DNA from: an uncultured Clostridium sp.
GTDB lineage: Bacteria; Bacillota; Clostridia; Lachnospirales; Lachnospiraceae
NCBI GenBank assembly: GCA_964655525.1
Contig: CAZZNE010000009.1
Span: 46,099 to 110,098 of the forward strand
DNA length: 64,000 bases
Reading direction: 5' to 3'
Position 1 is the stretch's first letter, and each line of letters opens with the position of its first letter. The notes beneath the pieces are model-generated. The model had not been told where the DNA came from, did no database searches, and worked only from the letters and a program-made list of their open reading frames with translations. Made by a program: the position numbers and the translations under genes. Shown here in pieces: positions 19,230 to 26,682 of this stretch.

Positions 19230-19868
19230 ATGGAATTTTGGCCTAGTGCAAACAGTGAGGTGGATAAGTGGAAGGAAGTGCAGCTTGTCTATCAATCGGC
19301 ATTGAAAGAAATCGGAACAAAGCTTGAGATCCTGAATGATGAATTTCAGCATGTACATAAGTATAATCCGATTGAGCATATCAAGTCGAGGATCAAGACA
19401 TCGGAGAGCATCGTTAAGAAATTGAAGCGTAACGGATATGATTCGACGATTGAAAATATGATCGAGCATGTGAATGACATTGCGGGAATCCGCGTAATCT
19501 GTTCCTTTACGTCGGATATTGAACAGATCGCGAAAATGATCGAGCGCCAGAGCGACTTAAAGGTCATTGGGATCAAGGATTACTTTACAAATCCGAAGCC
19601 GAACGGCTATCAGAGCTATCACATGCTTGTTACCGTGCCGATCAATCTGTCGGACAGAATCGTCGATACGAAAGTGGAGATTCAGATCCGAACGGTTGCG
19701 ATGGATTTTTGGGCGAGCCTGGAGCATAAGATTCATTACAAATTCGAAGGGGAGACACCGGAAACGATCGAGCGTGAGCTGATGGAATGCGCGCGCATGG
19801 TTTCCGAGCTGGATGCGAAGATGCTTTCCCTTAACAATGAAGTCAGAAAAATCGAAGAGCAGGATTAG
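19230..19868 (+). CDS. Small alarmone synthetase (RelA/SpoT-domain GTP pyrophosphokinase, RelQ/RelP type)
   Basis: 'DIAGIRVICSF', 'KPNGYQSYHMLV' and 'VEIQIRTVAMDFWASLEHKIHYK'. About 212 aa with a single domain. The promoter TGTACA-17-TATAAT (TATAAT at 19163-19168) lies upstream. Confidence 0.9.
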   Translation: MEFWPSANSEVDKWKEVQLVYQSALKEIGTKLEILNDEFQHVHKYNPIEHIKSRIKTSESIVKKLKRNGYDSTIENMIEHVNDIAGIRVICSFTSDIEQIAKMIERQSDLKVIGIKDYFTNPKPNGYQSYHMLVTVPINLSDRIVDTKVEIQIRTVAMDFWASLEHKIHYKFEGETPETIERELMECARMVSELDAKMLSLNNEVRKIEEQD

Positions 19869-19871
19869 TAA

Positions 19872-19906
19872 CGAAGGAAGCGCCGATACGATCGGCGCTT
19901 CCTTCG
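19872..19906 (+). terminator. Stem-loop after the alarmone synthetase gene (16-bp stem, weak U-tract)
   Basis: CGAAGGAAGCGCCGAT-acg-ATCGGCGCTTCCTTCG. Confidence 0.6.
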
Positions 19907-20179
19907 GACTTTCTGCGGCGCACGCGGATAGGAAAAGAATATGCCGCTTTGCGTTCTTTTTACCCCCTAAAATGAGGAGTGCCTGAGTACCTTTCGGCAC
20001 TCAGGCTTATTATGAAAAAAATAATGAAAATCATGATGAAAACAATAACTTGAATTAAGTTAAGTATAACGATAGATTATGAACAAATCATGAACGAACC
20101 GTGAATGATTGGTTAATATTTATAAACAATCCAAAAAATGGAAATAAATGTAGTGCAGATTGCACAAAAACGAAAGAGC

Positions 20180-20208
20180 TTGAGAGAATCAAAACTGTAT
20201 GTTATAAT
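20180..20208 (+). promoter_or_regulatory. Sigma-A-type promoter with extended -10
   Basis: TTGAGA (20180-20185), a 17-nt spacer, then TGtTATAAT (TATAAT at 20203-20208). Confidence 0.6.
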
Positions 20209-20223
20209 AGGCACATAAGAAAA

Positions 20224-20250
20224 ACAAGCGACCGCGCAGCGGGCATTTGT
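20224..20250 (+). repeat. Copy 1 of an exact 27-nt direct repeat, ACAAGCGACCGCGCAGCGGGCATTTGT
   Basis: Read directly. It is identical to 20344-20370, with an offset of exactly 120 nt. Confidence 0.95.
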
Positions 20251-20343
20251 TTTTCTTGTGCCTATACCGAGCAAACGCCCGGCGAAGCCGGGTAAAAAGT
20301 GCGGAGCACGAGTTTGCGAGGAAAAAGGAAAATAAAGGACAGT

Positions 20344-20370
20344 ACAAGCGACCGCGCAGCGGGCATTTGT
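20344..20370 (+). repeat. Copy 2 of the exact 27-nt direct repeat
   Basis: Read directly. It is identical to 20224-20250. Confidence 0.95.
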
Positions 20371-20402
20371 GGGGTACATGAAAAGAGGAAGAAAGGGTCT
20401 GG

Positions 20403-21332
20403 GTGGAAAACATGGATAGCTTTATGGATAAAATTGCACACAAATTTACGGCACAGGATATGATCAAGGCGAATGCGGCGGCGGAGGAAAAGGAACTGGA
20501 GCGTCTGCGCGTGCAGGTTGCCGAATATGATACAAGAATACAGGAGATCCGTAAGCTGAATCTCAAGAATTTGGAGCTGGCGGATAATCTGCAGGCAATG
20601 ATTGATGCCGGAAACGCTAAGATAAAAGCGTATGCGGACGCACAGGAGCAGAGCGAGCAGGCGGAAGGGGCAGCGGCGCAGGCTGTGACCGGCGAGCAGC
20701 TGGAAGACCTGTCTCAGAAGTTGATCACACAGACGAAGCAGCTTACCATGGCAAAGCTTGAGACGATGGAGCGGCTGGATACGTTAGAGAACAGATTAAA
20801 CACACGTTCAGAGCTGGAACAGATCGCGGAGAAGTTGGAGAAGTCTTCGGTATCCGAGGAATTGATCGCAAGGCTTGACACCAGTGAGAAGCTGAATGAG
20901 ATTGCAGCAAAGCTGGAGCAGCAGCCGACGACGGACGAAATCGCGGAGAAGCTGAATTACCGCACGGCATTTGAAGGAATCGTATCAAAATTAGACAGAT
21001 TTCCGACGCTGGATGAGATTGCAGAGCGGCTCGTCAGCGAAAAGCCGGAGGGACTTGAGGAACGGCTGAATGCGGTCAAGGAAGAGCTGACCGACCATGT
21101 ACATAAAGAGAACGTTAAAGTATACCGTAACGTGCAGGCAGCGATCATAGATGAAAATAAGAAGCTGGCGGAGGCGATCGCCGCATCTCAGATAGAGATG
21201 AAGGAGCAGCTTGCAAGAACCGAAAAGAACGTATCGGGACTAAAGACGCTCGCAATCGTGACATTGATCGCGGCACTTGCCAATATCGGGATCTGGGCTG
21301 CGTCAATCTTCAATCTTCTGCCTACGTTCTGA
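20403..21332 (+). CDS. Coiled-coil protein with internal (T/S)x(D/E)EIAEKL repeats and a C-terminal TM anchor
   Basis: E/K/L/A/Q-rich with heptad-like periodicity. Repeats 'SELEQIAEKLEK', 'SEKLNEIAAKLEQ', 'TTDEIAEKLNY' and 'TLDEIAERLVS'. C-terminus 'LKTLAIVTLIAALANIGIWAASIFNLL'. The start could be GTG 20403 or ATG 20412. Confidence 0.7.
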   Translation: MENMDSFMDKIAHKFTAQDMIKANAAAEEKELERLRVQVAEYDTRIQEIRKLNLKNLELADNLQAMIDAGNAKIKAYADAQEQSEQAEGAAAQAVTGEQLEDLSQKLITQTKQLTMAKLETMERLDTLENRLNTRSELEQIAEKLEKSSVSEELIARLDTSEKLNEIAAKLEQQPTTDEIAEKLNYRTAFEGIVSKLDRFPTLDEIAERLVSEKPEGLEERLNAVKEELTDHVHKENVKVYRNVQAAIIDENKKLAEAIAASQIEMKEQLARTEKNVSGLKTLAIVTLIAALANIGIWAASIFNLLPTF

Positions 21333-21383
21333 TGGAAATATTGTGCTAATGAGTTATTCAGACAGAAAGGAGCCGCGAAGATC

Positions 21384-21950
21384 GTGGGGAAACAATTATG
21401 GAAGCCGGGCAACATGCTCTATCCGATTCCAGCCGTGCTGATTAGCGTTGCGGATAAGGACGGAAAGCCCAATTTGTTTACAGCGAGCTGGGTAGGGACG
21501 GTCTGCTCCGATCCGCCCATGGTATCCGTTTCTGTACGACCTGAGCGCTATTCCTACCATATGATAGAGGAGACGGGAGAATTTGTCGTCAATCTGACGA
21601 CGAAGCAGCTGGCCCGCGCGGCGGATTATTGCGGCGTGCGGAGCGGCCGGGATGAGAATAAATGGGAGGGTGCGGGCTTAACGCCTGTAACAGGCACGAA
21701 GGTGCGTGCGCCCTATGTGAAGGAAAGTCCCGTCAACATTGAGTGCAAGGTGACAAATAAGCTTGCGCTCGGAACGCACGACATGTTCATCGGTACGGTG
21801 GTGGCGGTGCTCGTGGACGACGCGTATATGGATGAAAAAAACGCGTTTCATTTAGAGCAGGCAGAACCAATCGTCTATTCGCACGGCACCTATCATGAGC
21901 TTGGAGCGGCACTTGGTAAATTTGGGTTCAGCGTAAAAAAGAGTGTTTGA
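21384..21950 (+). CDS. Flavin reductase-like (flavoredoxin) protein
   Basis: 'LYPIPAVLISV.DKDGKPNLFTASWVGTVCSDPPMVSVSVRPERYSYHMIEETGEFVVNL' fits the flavin reductase-like FMN-binding domain. GGAG lies about 9 nt before the GTG. Confidence 0.75.
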   Translation: MGKQLWKPGNMLYPIPAVLISVADKDGKPNLFTASWVGTVCSDPPMVSVSVRPERYSYHMIEETGEFVVNLTTKQLARAADYCGVRSGRDENKWEGAGLTPVTGTKVRAPYVKESPVNIECKVTNKLALGTHDMFIGTVVAVLVDDAYMDEKNAFHLEQAEPIVYSHGTYHELGAALGKFGFSVKKSV

Positions 21951-21964
21951 AAATTTCCATACAT

Positions 21965-21997
21965 AAAAAAAGAATTGTGTTCACAATTCTTTTTTTT
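21965..21997. terminator. Bidirectional rho-independent terminator
   Basis: AAAAAAAGAATTGTG-tt-CACAATTCTTTTTTT. It overlaps the last codons of the minus-strand polymerase gene. Confidence 0.8.
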
Positions 21998-23339
21998 GTT
22001 CAGAGGAAGTCCGATGCTGCTGCGGCTGATAAAGAGAACCGCGCACAACGGAAGCGTTTCCGTAGCGGCTTCGGATGCTGTCAAGCGCCTTGTCGAGCTT
22101 TTGGTATTTTTCCGCCCGTGCACCGGAAAGGGGCTTGTCCGTCTGCGTGAGAGCGGCGGAAGCATCCGCCCGTGCGGGAGGGTGCGCCTGCGTGAGAGCG
22201 GATGCGGGATCGCGGTGCCCGCTTGTACGAAGGGAGCTGCCGGTATCCATGGCAAGGTCGGACAGGCTGAGCTGTACGGGATCGTCCGCTGCGCCCAGCT
22301 TGGCGGTGCGGATACCGAGCAGACGTATCGGTTCCCTGTTCCATAGCTCGCGAAAAAGCCGGCAGGCAGTTTCGTAGATGAAATTTGTGCTGTCGGTAGG
22401 AGTATCGAGCATGGTCTGGTGCGACACGGATAAAAAAGAAGCATATTTGATCTCGACGGTCACACAGAGCGCGCGTTTTTGTGCCTCGCGCAGTCTTGCG
22501 GCAACGGATTCCGCGAGCGATAACAAAACGCGGCGCGCTGCGGCTTCGTCGGTAACATCCGCAGAGAGCGTTATCGAATTTCCGATCCCCTTTGCCTCCG
22601 CTTCCTGCGTGACGACTTCGGAATCGTCGATGCCGTTCGCGTAGTTCCAGAGCGTCTGCCCGTGGCTTTTTAAGTGCGCGGTCACAATAGCAGGGTCCGC
22701 GGCGGCGAGATCGCCGATCGTGACGATGCCGAGCTTTTTAAGCGTTTCCGTACTGGAACGCCCGCAGAGGAACAGGCGGGATATGGGGAGCGGCCATAGT
22801 TTCCCGGCAAGCTCGGAGCAAAACAGTGTGTGGACAAGATTGGGCTTGCGAAAATCGGATGCCATTTTGGCCAGCACTTTGCGGTCGGAAATCCCGATAT
22901 TAACGGTAAAGCCGAATGTTTCGTACACGGAATCCTTGATCAGGGTGGCGGCGGCGACAGGGGATGCATAATGGGAGGCGATCGGTGTATAATCCATATA
23001 GCATTCGTCAATGCTGACCTGCTCCAAATCCGGACAAAAAGAAGAAAGATGTGCCATCAGCGCCTGGGAATAGCGGTGATACATGGCGTGGTCCGGCGGA
23101 GCGATCACGAGCGAAGGACACTTTTTTAAGGCGCTGCCGATCGGTTCCGCTGTTTGGATGTGGTATTTTTTTGCGGGAATGGATTTGGCAAGGACGATGC
23201 CGTGGCGCTTAGAGGAATCGCCGCCGATAATGGCGGGGATTTCGCGCAGATCAATGCCGGCACCTGTTTTTAGATTTTCAACCGAAGTCCAGCTTAAATA
23301 GGCTGAATTGACATCAATATGGAAAAAAATGCTGTCCAT
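21981..23339 (-). CDS. dinB: Y-family DNA polymerase (DinB/Pol IV-like) with an extended low-complexity C-terminal region
   Basis: 'FFHIDVNSAYLSW', 'VSIDECYMD' and 'GISDRKVLAKMASDFRKP' are Y-family motifs. 'VQLSLSDL' resembles a clamp-binding motif. The ATG at 23339 has an upstream GGAAAGGAAAG. Confidence 0.85.
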   Translation of the reverse strand: MDSIFFHIDVNSAYLSWTSVENLKTGAGIDLREIPAIIGGDSSKRHGIVLAKSIPAKKYHIQTAEPIGSALKKCPSLVIAPPDHAMYHRYSQALMAHLSSFCPDLEQVSIDECYMDYTPIASHYASPVAAATLIKDSVYETFGFTVNIGISDRKVLAKMASDFRKPNLVHTLFCSELAGKLWPLPISRLFLCGRSSTETLKKLGIVTIGDLAAADPAIVTAHLKSHGQTLWNYANGIDDSEVVTQEAEAKGIGNSITLSADVTDEAAARRVLLSLAESVAARLREAQKRALCVTVEIKYASFLSVSHQTMLDTPTDSTNFIYETACRLFRELWNREPIRLLGIRTAKLGAADDPVQLSLSDLAMDTGSSLRTSGHRDPASALTQAHPPARADASAALTQTDKPLSGARAEKYQKLDKALDSIRSRYGNASVVRGSLYQPQQHRTSSEQKKEL

Positions 23340-23467
23340 GTCTTTCCTTTCCACCGCATTTTACTTTACAAGCGGGCAAAATATTGTTAGAATGTTTTTG
23401 TTACAAAATTGTTACAATTAAAAACGAAAGATGATGAAGACTGCGCCATCCGGGTGCAGCGTTATCT

Positions 23468-25090
23468 TTGGAAAACAGAATGAGACTGATTACAAAATAT
23501 TATAAAAGACTGCGCTTTACCTATCTCAAGACGATTTGGTTTGCACTTGCCGTGAATGCGCTGTTCTTACCCTATTATACCAAATTGCAGAGCACAGGGA
23601 ATAATTTTTTTACCGTAACCGTAAACGGGGAGCTGGTCGGTACGGTGGACGCCGAAGAAAAGGTGGACCGCTTTATCCGGGATGCGCGCCGTTCTATTGT
23701 TATGTCCGAGAACGCCTCGAATTCGTCCGAGCTGGTTTTTATGAACGCGGATGTGGAGATCGTCGGTGAAGAAGTTTACATCGGCATGGTGGACGACGAG
23801 GGAACCGTCCGTGCGAGGATTTACGACGCGCTGAAAAGTACAATGCAGGAGACCATGCAGCGTTCCTATACCGTGAAGGTCAATGAGACGACCGTCAATC
23901 TGGCAAGCACGGAAGAGGTACGCGATCTGCTGGATGCGGCGTTGCGCAAATATGATGCGGAGAATGCCTATGAACTAGAGCTTGTCTTAGACCCGGAGCG
24001 TGAGCTGAATGTGCTGACGCCCGTGATCACAAGTACGGCGAAGCAGGACGAGACAGCCGGTGAAGAGCAGGAGGAGGAAGAGTTCCCGACTGTGGCCGGT
24101 GTGGAATGGTTTCTTGAGGAAGCGATGAACCGTGAGGAGGAGCATGAGGAGCAGACATTTGAAGATTTTGATCTCGGTATTTCCAGTATGACATATAACG
24201 AGGATATTGAGGTCGTGGAAGCATATCTGCCGCAGGACGAACTCACCGATCTTAATACGGCGATCGCGCTGATCACGGAGAATCAGGAGGTGCAGCAGAT
24301 TTACTCGATCCAGCCGGGGGATACTCTTTCGGAAATATCCATGAAATTTGATCTTCCGATGGAAGAATTGATCGCGATGAATCCGGACAAGCTCAGAGAT
24401 CAAAACTCGATCCTTCATATTGACGACGAGTTGATCATTACCGTGCCGGAGCCGTCGCTGTCCGTTCTTTGGAGCGAGCAGAGGTATTACGAGGAAGATT
24501 ATGACGCGGATATTATTTATATTGATAACGACAGCTGGTATACGACCCAGCGGGTGACGCTGCAGGAGCCTTCGCAGGGACACCGTAAGGTCGTGGCGAG
24601 TATCAGCTATAAGAATACCGAGGAACTTGGCAGGGAGATTCTCATGCAGGAGGTGACGCTCGAAGCGGTGCCGAAGATTGTTGAGCGCGGAACGATCATT
24701 CCGCCGTCCTATATCAAGCCGATCTACGGCGGACGTCTTACCTCCGGCTTCGGCGGACGCACCGCGCCGACAAAGGGCGCTTCGACAAATCATAAAGGCG
24801 TTGATTGGGCGGTGCCGATTGGGACCACGGTCATGGCGTCCTCATCGGGAACGGTTGCGAGGGCAGGCTGGGCAAGCGGCTACGGTTATGTGGTTTATAT
24901 CAATCATCCGGACGGCAGGCAGACAAGATACGGGCATTGCAGCAGGGTGCTTGTCACTCCGGGGCAGTATGTCGTGCAGGGACAGGCGATCGCTTACTCG
25001 GGCAATACGGGAAGAAGTACGGGACCCCACCTGCATTTTGAGATGCTGATCAACGGAACCCAGGTCGATCCGCGGCCATATTTGGACTAA
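23468..25090 (+). CDS. Membrane-anchored LysM-domain M23 metallopeptidase
   Basis: N-terminal TM segment, an acidic linker, LysM 'YSIQPGDTLSEISMKFDLPMEELIAMNP', and M23 'HKGVDWAVPIGTTVMASSSG...GNTGRSTGPHLHFEM'. The start could be TTG 23468 or ATG 23480. Confidence 0.9.
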   Translation: MENRMRLITKYYKRLRFTYLKTIWFALAVNALFLPYYTKLQSTGNNFFTVTVNGELVGTVDAEEKVDRFIRDARRSIVMSENASNSSELVFMNADVEIVGEEVYIGMVDDEGTVRARIYDALKSTMQETMQRSYTVKVNETTVNLASTEEVRDLLDAALRKYDAENAYELELVLDPERELNVLTPVITSTAKQDETAGEEQEEEEFPTVAGVEWFLEEAMNREEEHEEQTFEDFDLGISSMTYNEDIEVVEAYLPQDELTDLNTAIALITENQEVQQIYSIQPGDTLSEISMKFDLPMEELIAMNPDKLRDQNSILHIDDELIITVPEPSLSVLWSEQRYYEEDYDADIIYIDNDSWYTTQRVTLQEPSQGHRKVVASISYKNTEELGREILMQEVTLEAVPKIVERGTIIPPSYIKPIYGGRLTSGFGGRTAPTKGASTNHKGVDWAVPIGTTVMASSSGTVARAGWASGYGYVVYINHPDGRQTRYGHCSRVLVTPGQYVVQGQAIAYSGNTGRSTGPHLHFEMLINGTQVDPRPYLD

Positions 25091-25140
25091 CTGTGCATAA
25101 AATTGGGAAACTTCGTTCTGACTTTGTTCAAAAGTTATGA

Positions 25141-25169
25141 TTTACACGAGAGAACATCTGCGCTATAAT
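25141..25169 (+). promoter_or_regulatory. Sigma-A-type promoter about 200 nt upstream of murA
   Basis: TTTACA (25141-25146), a 17-nt spacer, then TATAAT (25164-25169). The -10 box sits inside the palindrome TGCGCTataataAGCGCA. Confidence 0.5.
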
Positions 25170-25377
25170 AAGCGCATAGGTGAACGGACAGTAACAATAT
25201 ATGGTATGCTTGTACCATATGTTGTATGCAGAGCTCTGCGATGTGTCGCCTTGCCGTTGTTGTGCCGACACCCGCATGCGAGGGCTGTTGTCAACATGGT
25301 TGATTAGAGTGTAGGATGAGTCGTTTCCTGCATATAATAATGATATGCATAGATTAGAAATATAGATGAGGTGCGTT

Positions 25378-26670
25378 ATGGATCAATACGCAGTAAAAGG
25401 CGGCACACCCCTTGTGGGCGAAGTCGAGATCGGAGGAGCCAAAAATGCGGCGCTTGCGATTTTGGCTGCATCCATCATGACGGACGAAACAGTTTTGATA
25501 GAGAATGTACCGGATGTCAGGGATACGAATGTACTGATGCAGGCAATGTCGAGCGTCGGGGCTGTCATTACCCGGATCGACAGACACACTGTTAAGATAA
25601 ACGGTTCACAGATTCACAATTTAGTAATAGAAGACGAGTATATGAAGAAGATTCGCGCCTCCTACTATTTGATCGGCGCGCTTCTCGGCAAATACAAGCA
25701 TGCGGAGGTCCCGCTTCCGGGCGGATGCAATATCGGTGTCCGCGCGATCGATCAGCATATCAAGGGATTTAAGGCGCTGGGCGCAGATGTGCGTATTGTT
25801 CACGGCGCGATCGTGGCGGAGGCAAAGCATTTGACCGGAAACCATATCTTCATGGATAAAGTATCGGTCGGCGCGACCATCAATGTGATGATGGCAGCGA
25901 GCATGGCGGAAGGCAAGACCATCATCGAGAATGCGGCGAAGGAACCGCATGTGGTCGATCTTGCGAACTTTTTGAATTCTATGGGCGCCAATATCAAGGG
26001 CGCAGGAACGGACGTTATCCGGATCAAGGGCGTGACAAAGCTACATAAGACCGAGTACATGATCATTCCCGATCAAATAGAGGCGGGAACGTTCATGATG
26101 GCGGCCGCGGCGACCAAGGGTGACGTAACAGTAAAAAATGTGATTCCGAAGCATTTGGAATCTATCACGGCAAAGCTGATAGAGATTGGCTGTGAGGTCG
26201 AGGAATCGGACGATGCAGTCAGAGTTGTGGCGGCAAAACGACTGCACAACACACAGGTGAAAACGCTTCCGTATCCAGGCTTTCCGACGGATATGCAGCC
26301 GCAGATCGTGGCGGTGCTCGGTTTGGCAAAGGGAACGAGCATCGTATCGGAGAGTATTTTTGAGAACCGATTCAAGTACGTTGACGAGCTCACAAAGATG
26401 GGAGCGGAGATCAAGGTAGAGAGTACGATGGCGATCATTGACGGCGTTTCCAAATATCTTGGGGCAGGAATGACGGTTCCCGATCTTCGGGCAGGGGCGG
26501 CGCTTGTTATTGCAGCGCTTGCTGCGGACGGATTTTCGACACTCGACGAGATTCAATATATTGAGCGCGGATATGAGGATCTGGAATATAAGCTTCAGGC
26601 GCTCGGCGCGCAGATTGAGCGTGTGTCCGATGAAACACAGCTCAAAAAATTTCAATTAAAAGTGGGATAA
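25378..26670 (+). CDS. murA: UDP-N-acetylglucosamine 1-carboxyvinyltransferase
   Basis: 'GEVEIGGAKNAALAILAA', 'LPGGCNIGVRAIDQHIKG' and 'YPGFPTDMQPQ'. GAGGTG RBS. Confidence 0.95.
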   Translation: MDQYAVKGGTPLVGEVEIGGAKNAALAILAASIMTDETVLIENVPDVRDTNVLMQAMSSVGAVITRIDRHTVKINGSQIHNLVIEDEYMKKIRASYYLIGALLGKYKHAEVPLPGGCNIGVRAIDQHIKGFKALGADVRIVHGAIVAEAKHLTGNHIFMDKVSVGATINVMMAASMAEGKTIIENAAKEPHVVDLANFLNSMGANIKGAGTDVIRIKGVTKLHKTEYMIIPDQIEAGTFMMAAAATKGDVTVKNVIPKHLESITAKLIEIGCEVEESDDAVRVVAAKRLHNTQVKTLPYPGFPTDMQPQIVAVLGLAKGTSIVSESIFENRFKYVDELTKMGAEIKVESTMAIIDGVSKYLGAGMTVPDLRAGAALVIAALAADGFSTLDEIQYIERGYEDLEYKLQALGAQIERVSDETQLKKFQLKVG

Positions 26671-26682
26671 AAGGGGACGTCC

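Larger units (their letters stand above)
20210..20402 (+). promoter_or_regulatory. Structured 5' leader of about 190 nt: two hairpins with an identical 27-nt apex flanking a Y-shaped element; class unknown
   Basis: Hairpin 1 is GGCACATAAGAAAAACAA[...]TTGTTTTTCTTGTGCC. The centre is GCAAAC-g-CCCGGCgaaGCCGGG-taaaaa-GTGCggaGCAC-ga-GTTTGC. Hairpin 2 is GTACAA[...]TTGTggGGTAC. See findings. Confidence 0.45.

Noticed and set aside
18768-19868. A toxSAS-type toxin-antitoxin pair (toxic small alarmone synthetase plus small antitoxin).
   Set aside because: The two genes are divergent, not co-operonic. The synthetase has the size and motifs of housekeeping RelQ/RelP enzymes, and nothing in the sequence marks it as a toxic variant.
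20101-20295. A 64-aa (+) ORF and an 88-125-aa (-) ORF across the promoter and leader region.
   Set aside because: They span the promoter and both 27-nt repeats, which produces the same peptide fragment twice. They have no RBS, and an RNA-level function is more plausible.
20224-20370. A CRISPR-like or mobile-element repeat, suggested by the exact 27-nt duplication.
   Set aside because: There are only two copies, 120 nt apart, inside a promoter-proximal leader. No cas genes or further repeats are in the window. A cis-regulatory RNA interpretation fits better.
21975-22377. Several 67-123-aa ORFs on both strands over the 3' part of dinB.
   Set aside because: They are by-products of the high-GC, low-complexity segment. 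The dinB frame is continuous from the catalytic core to the conserved C-terminal tail.
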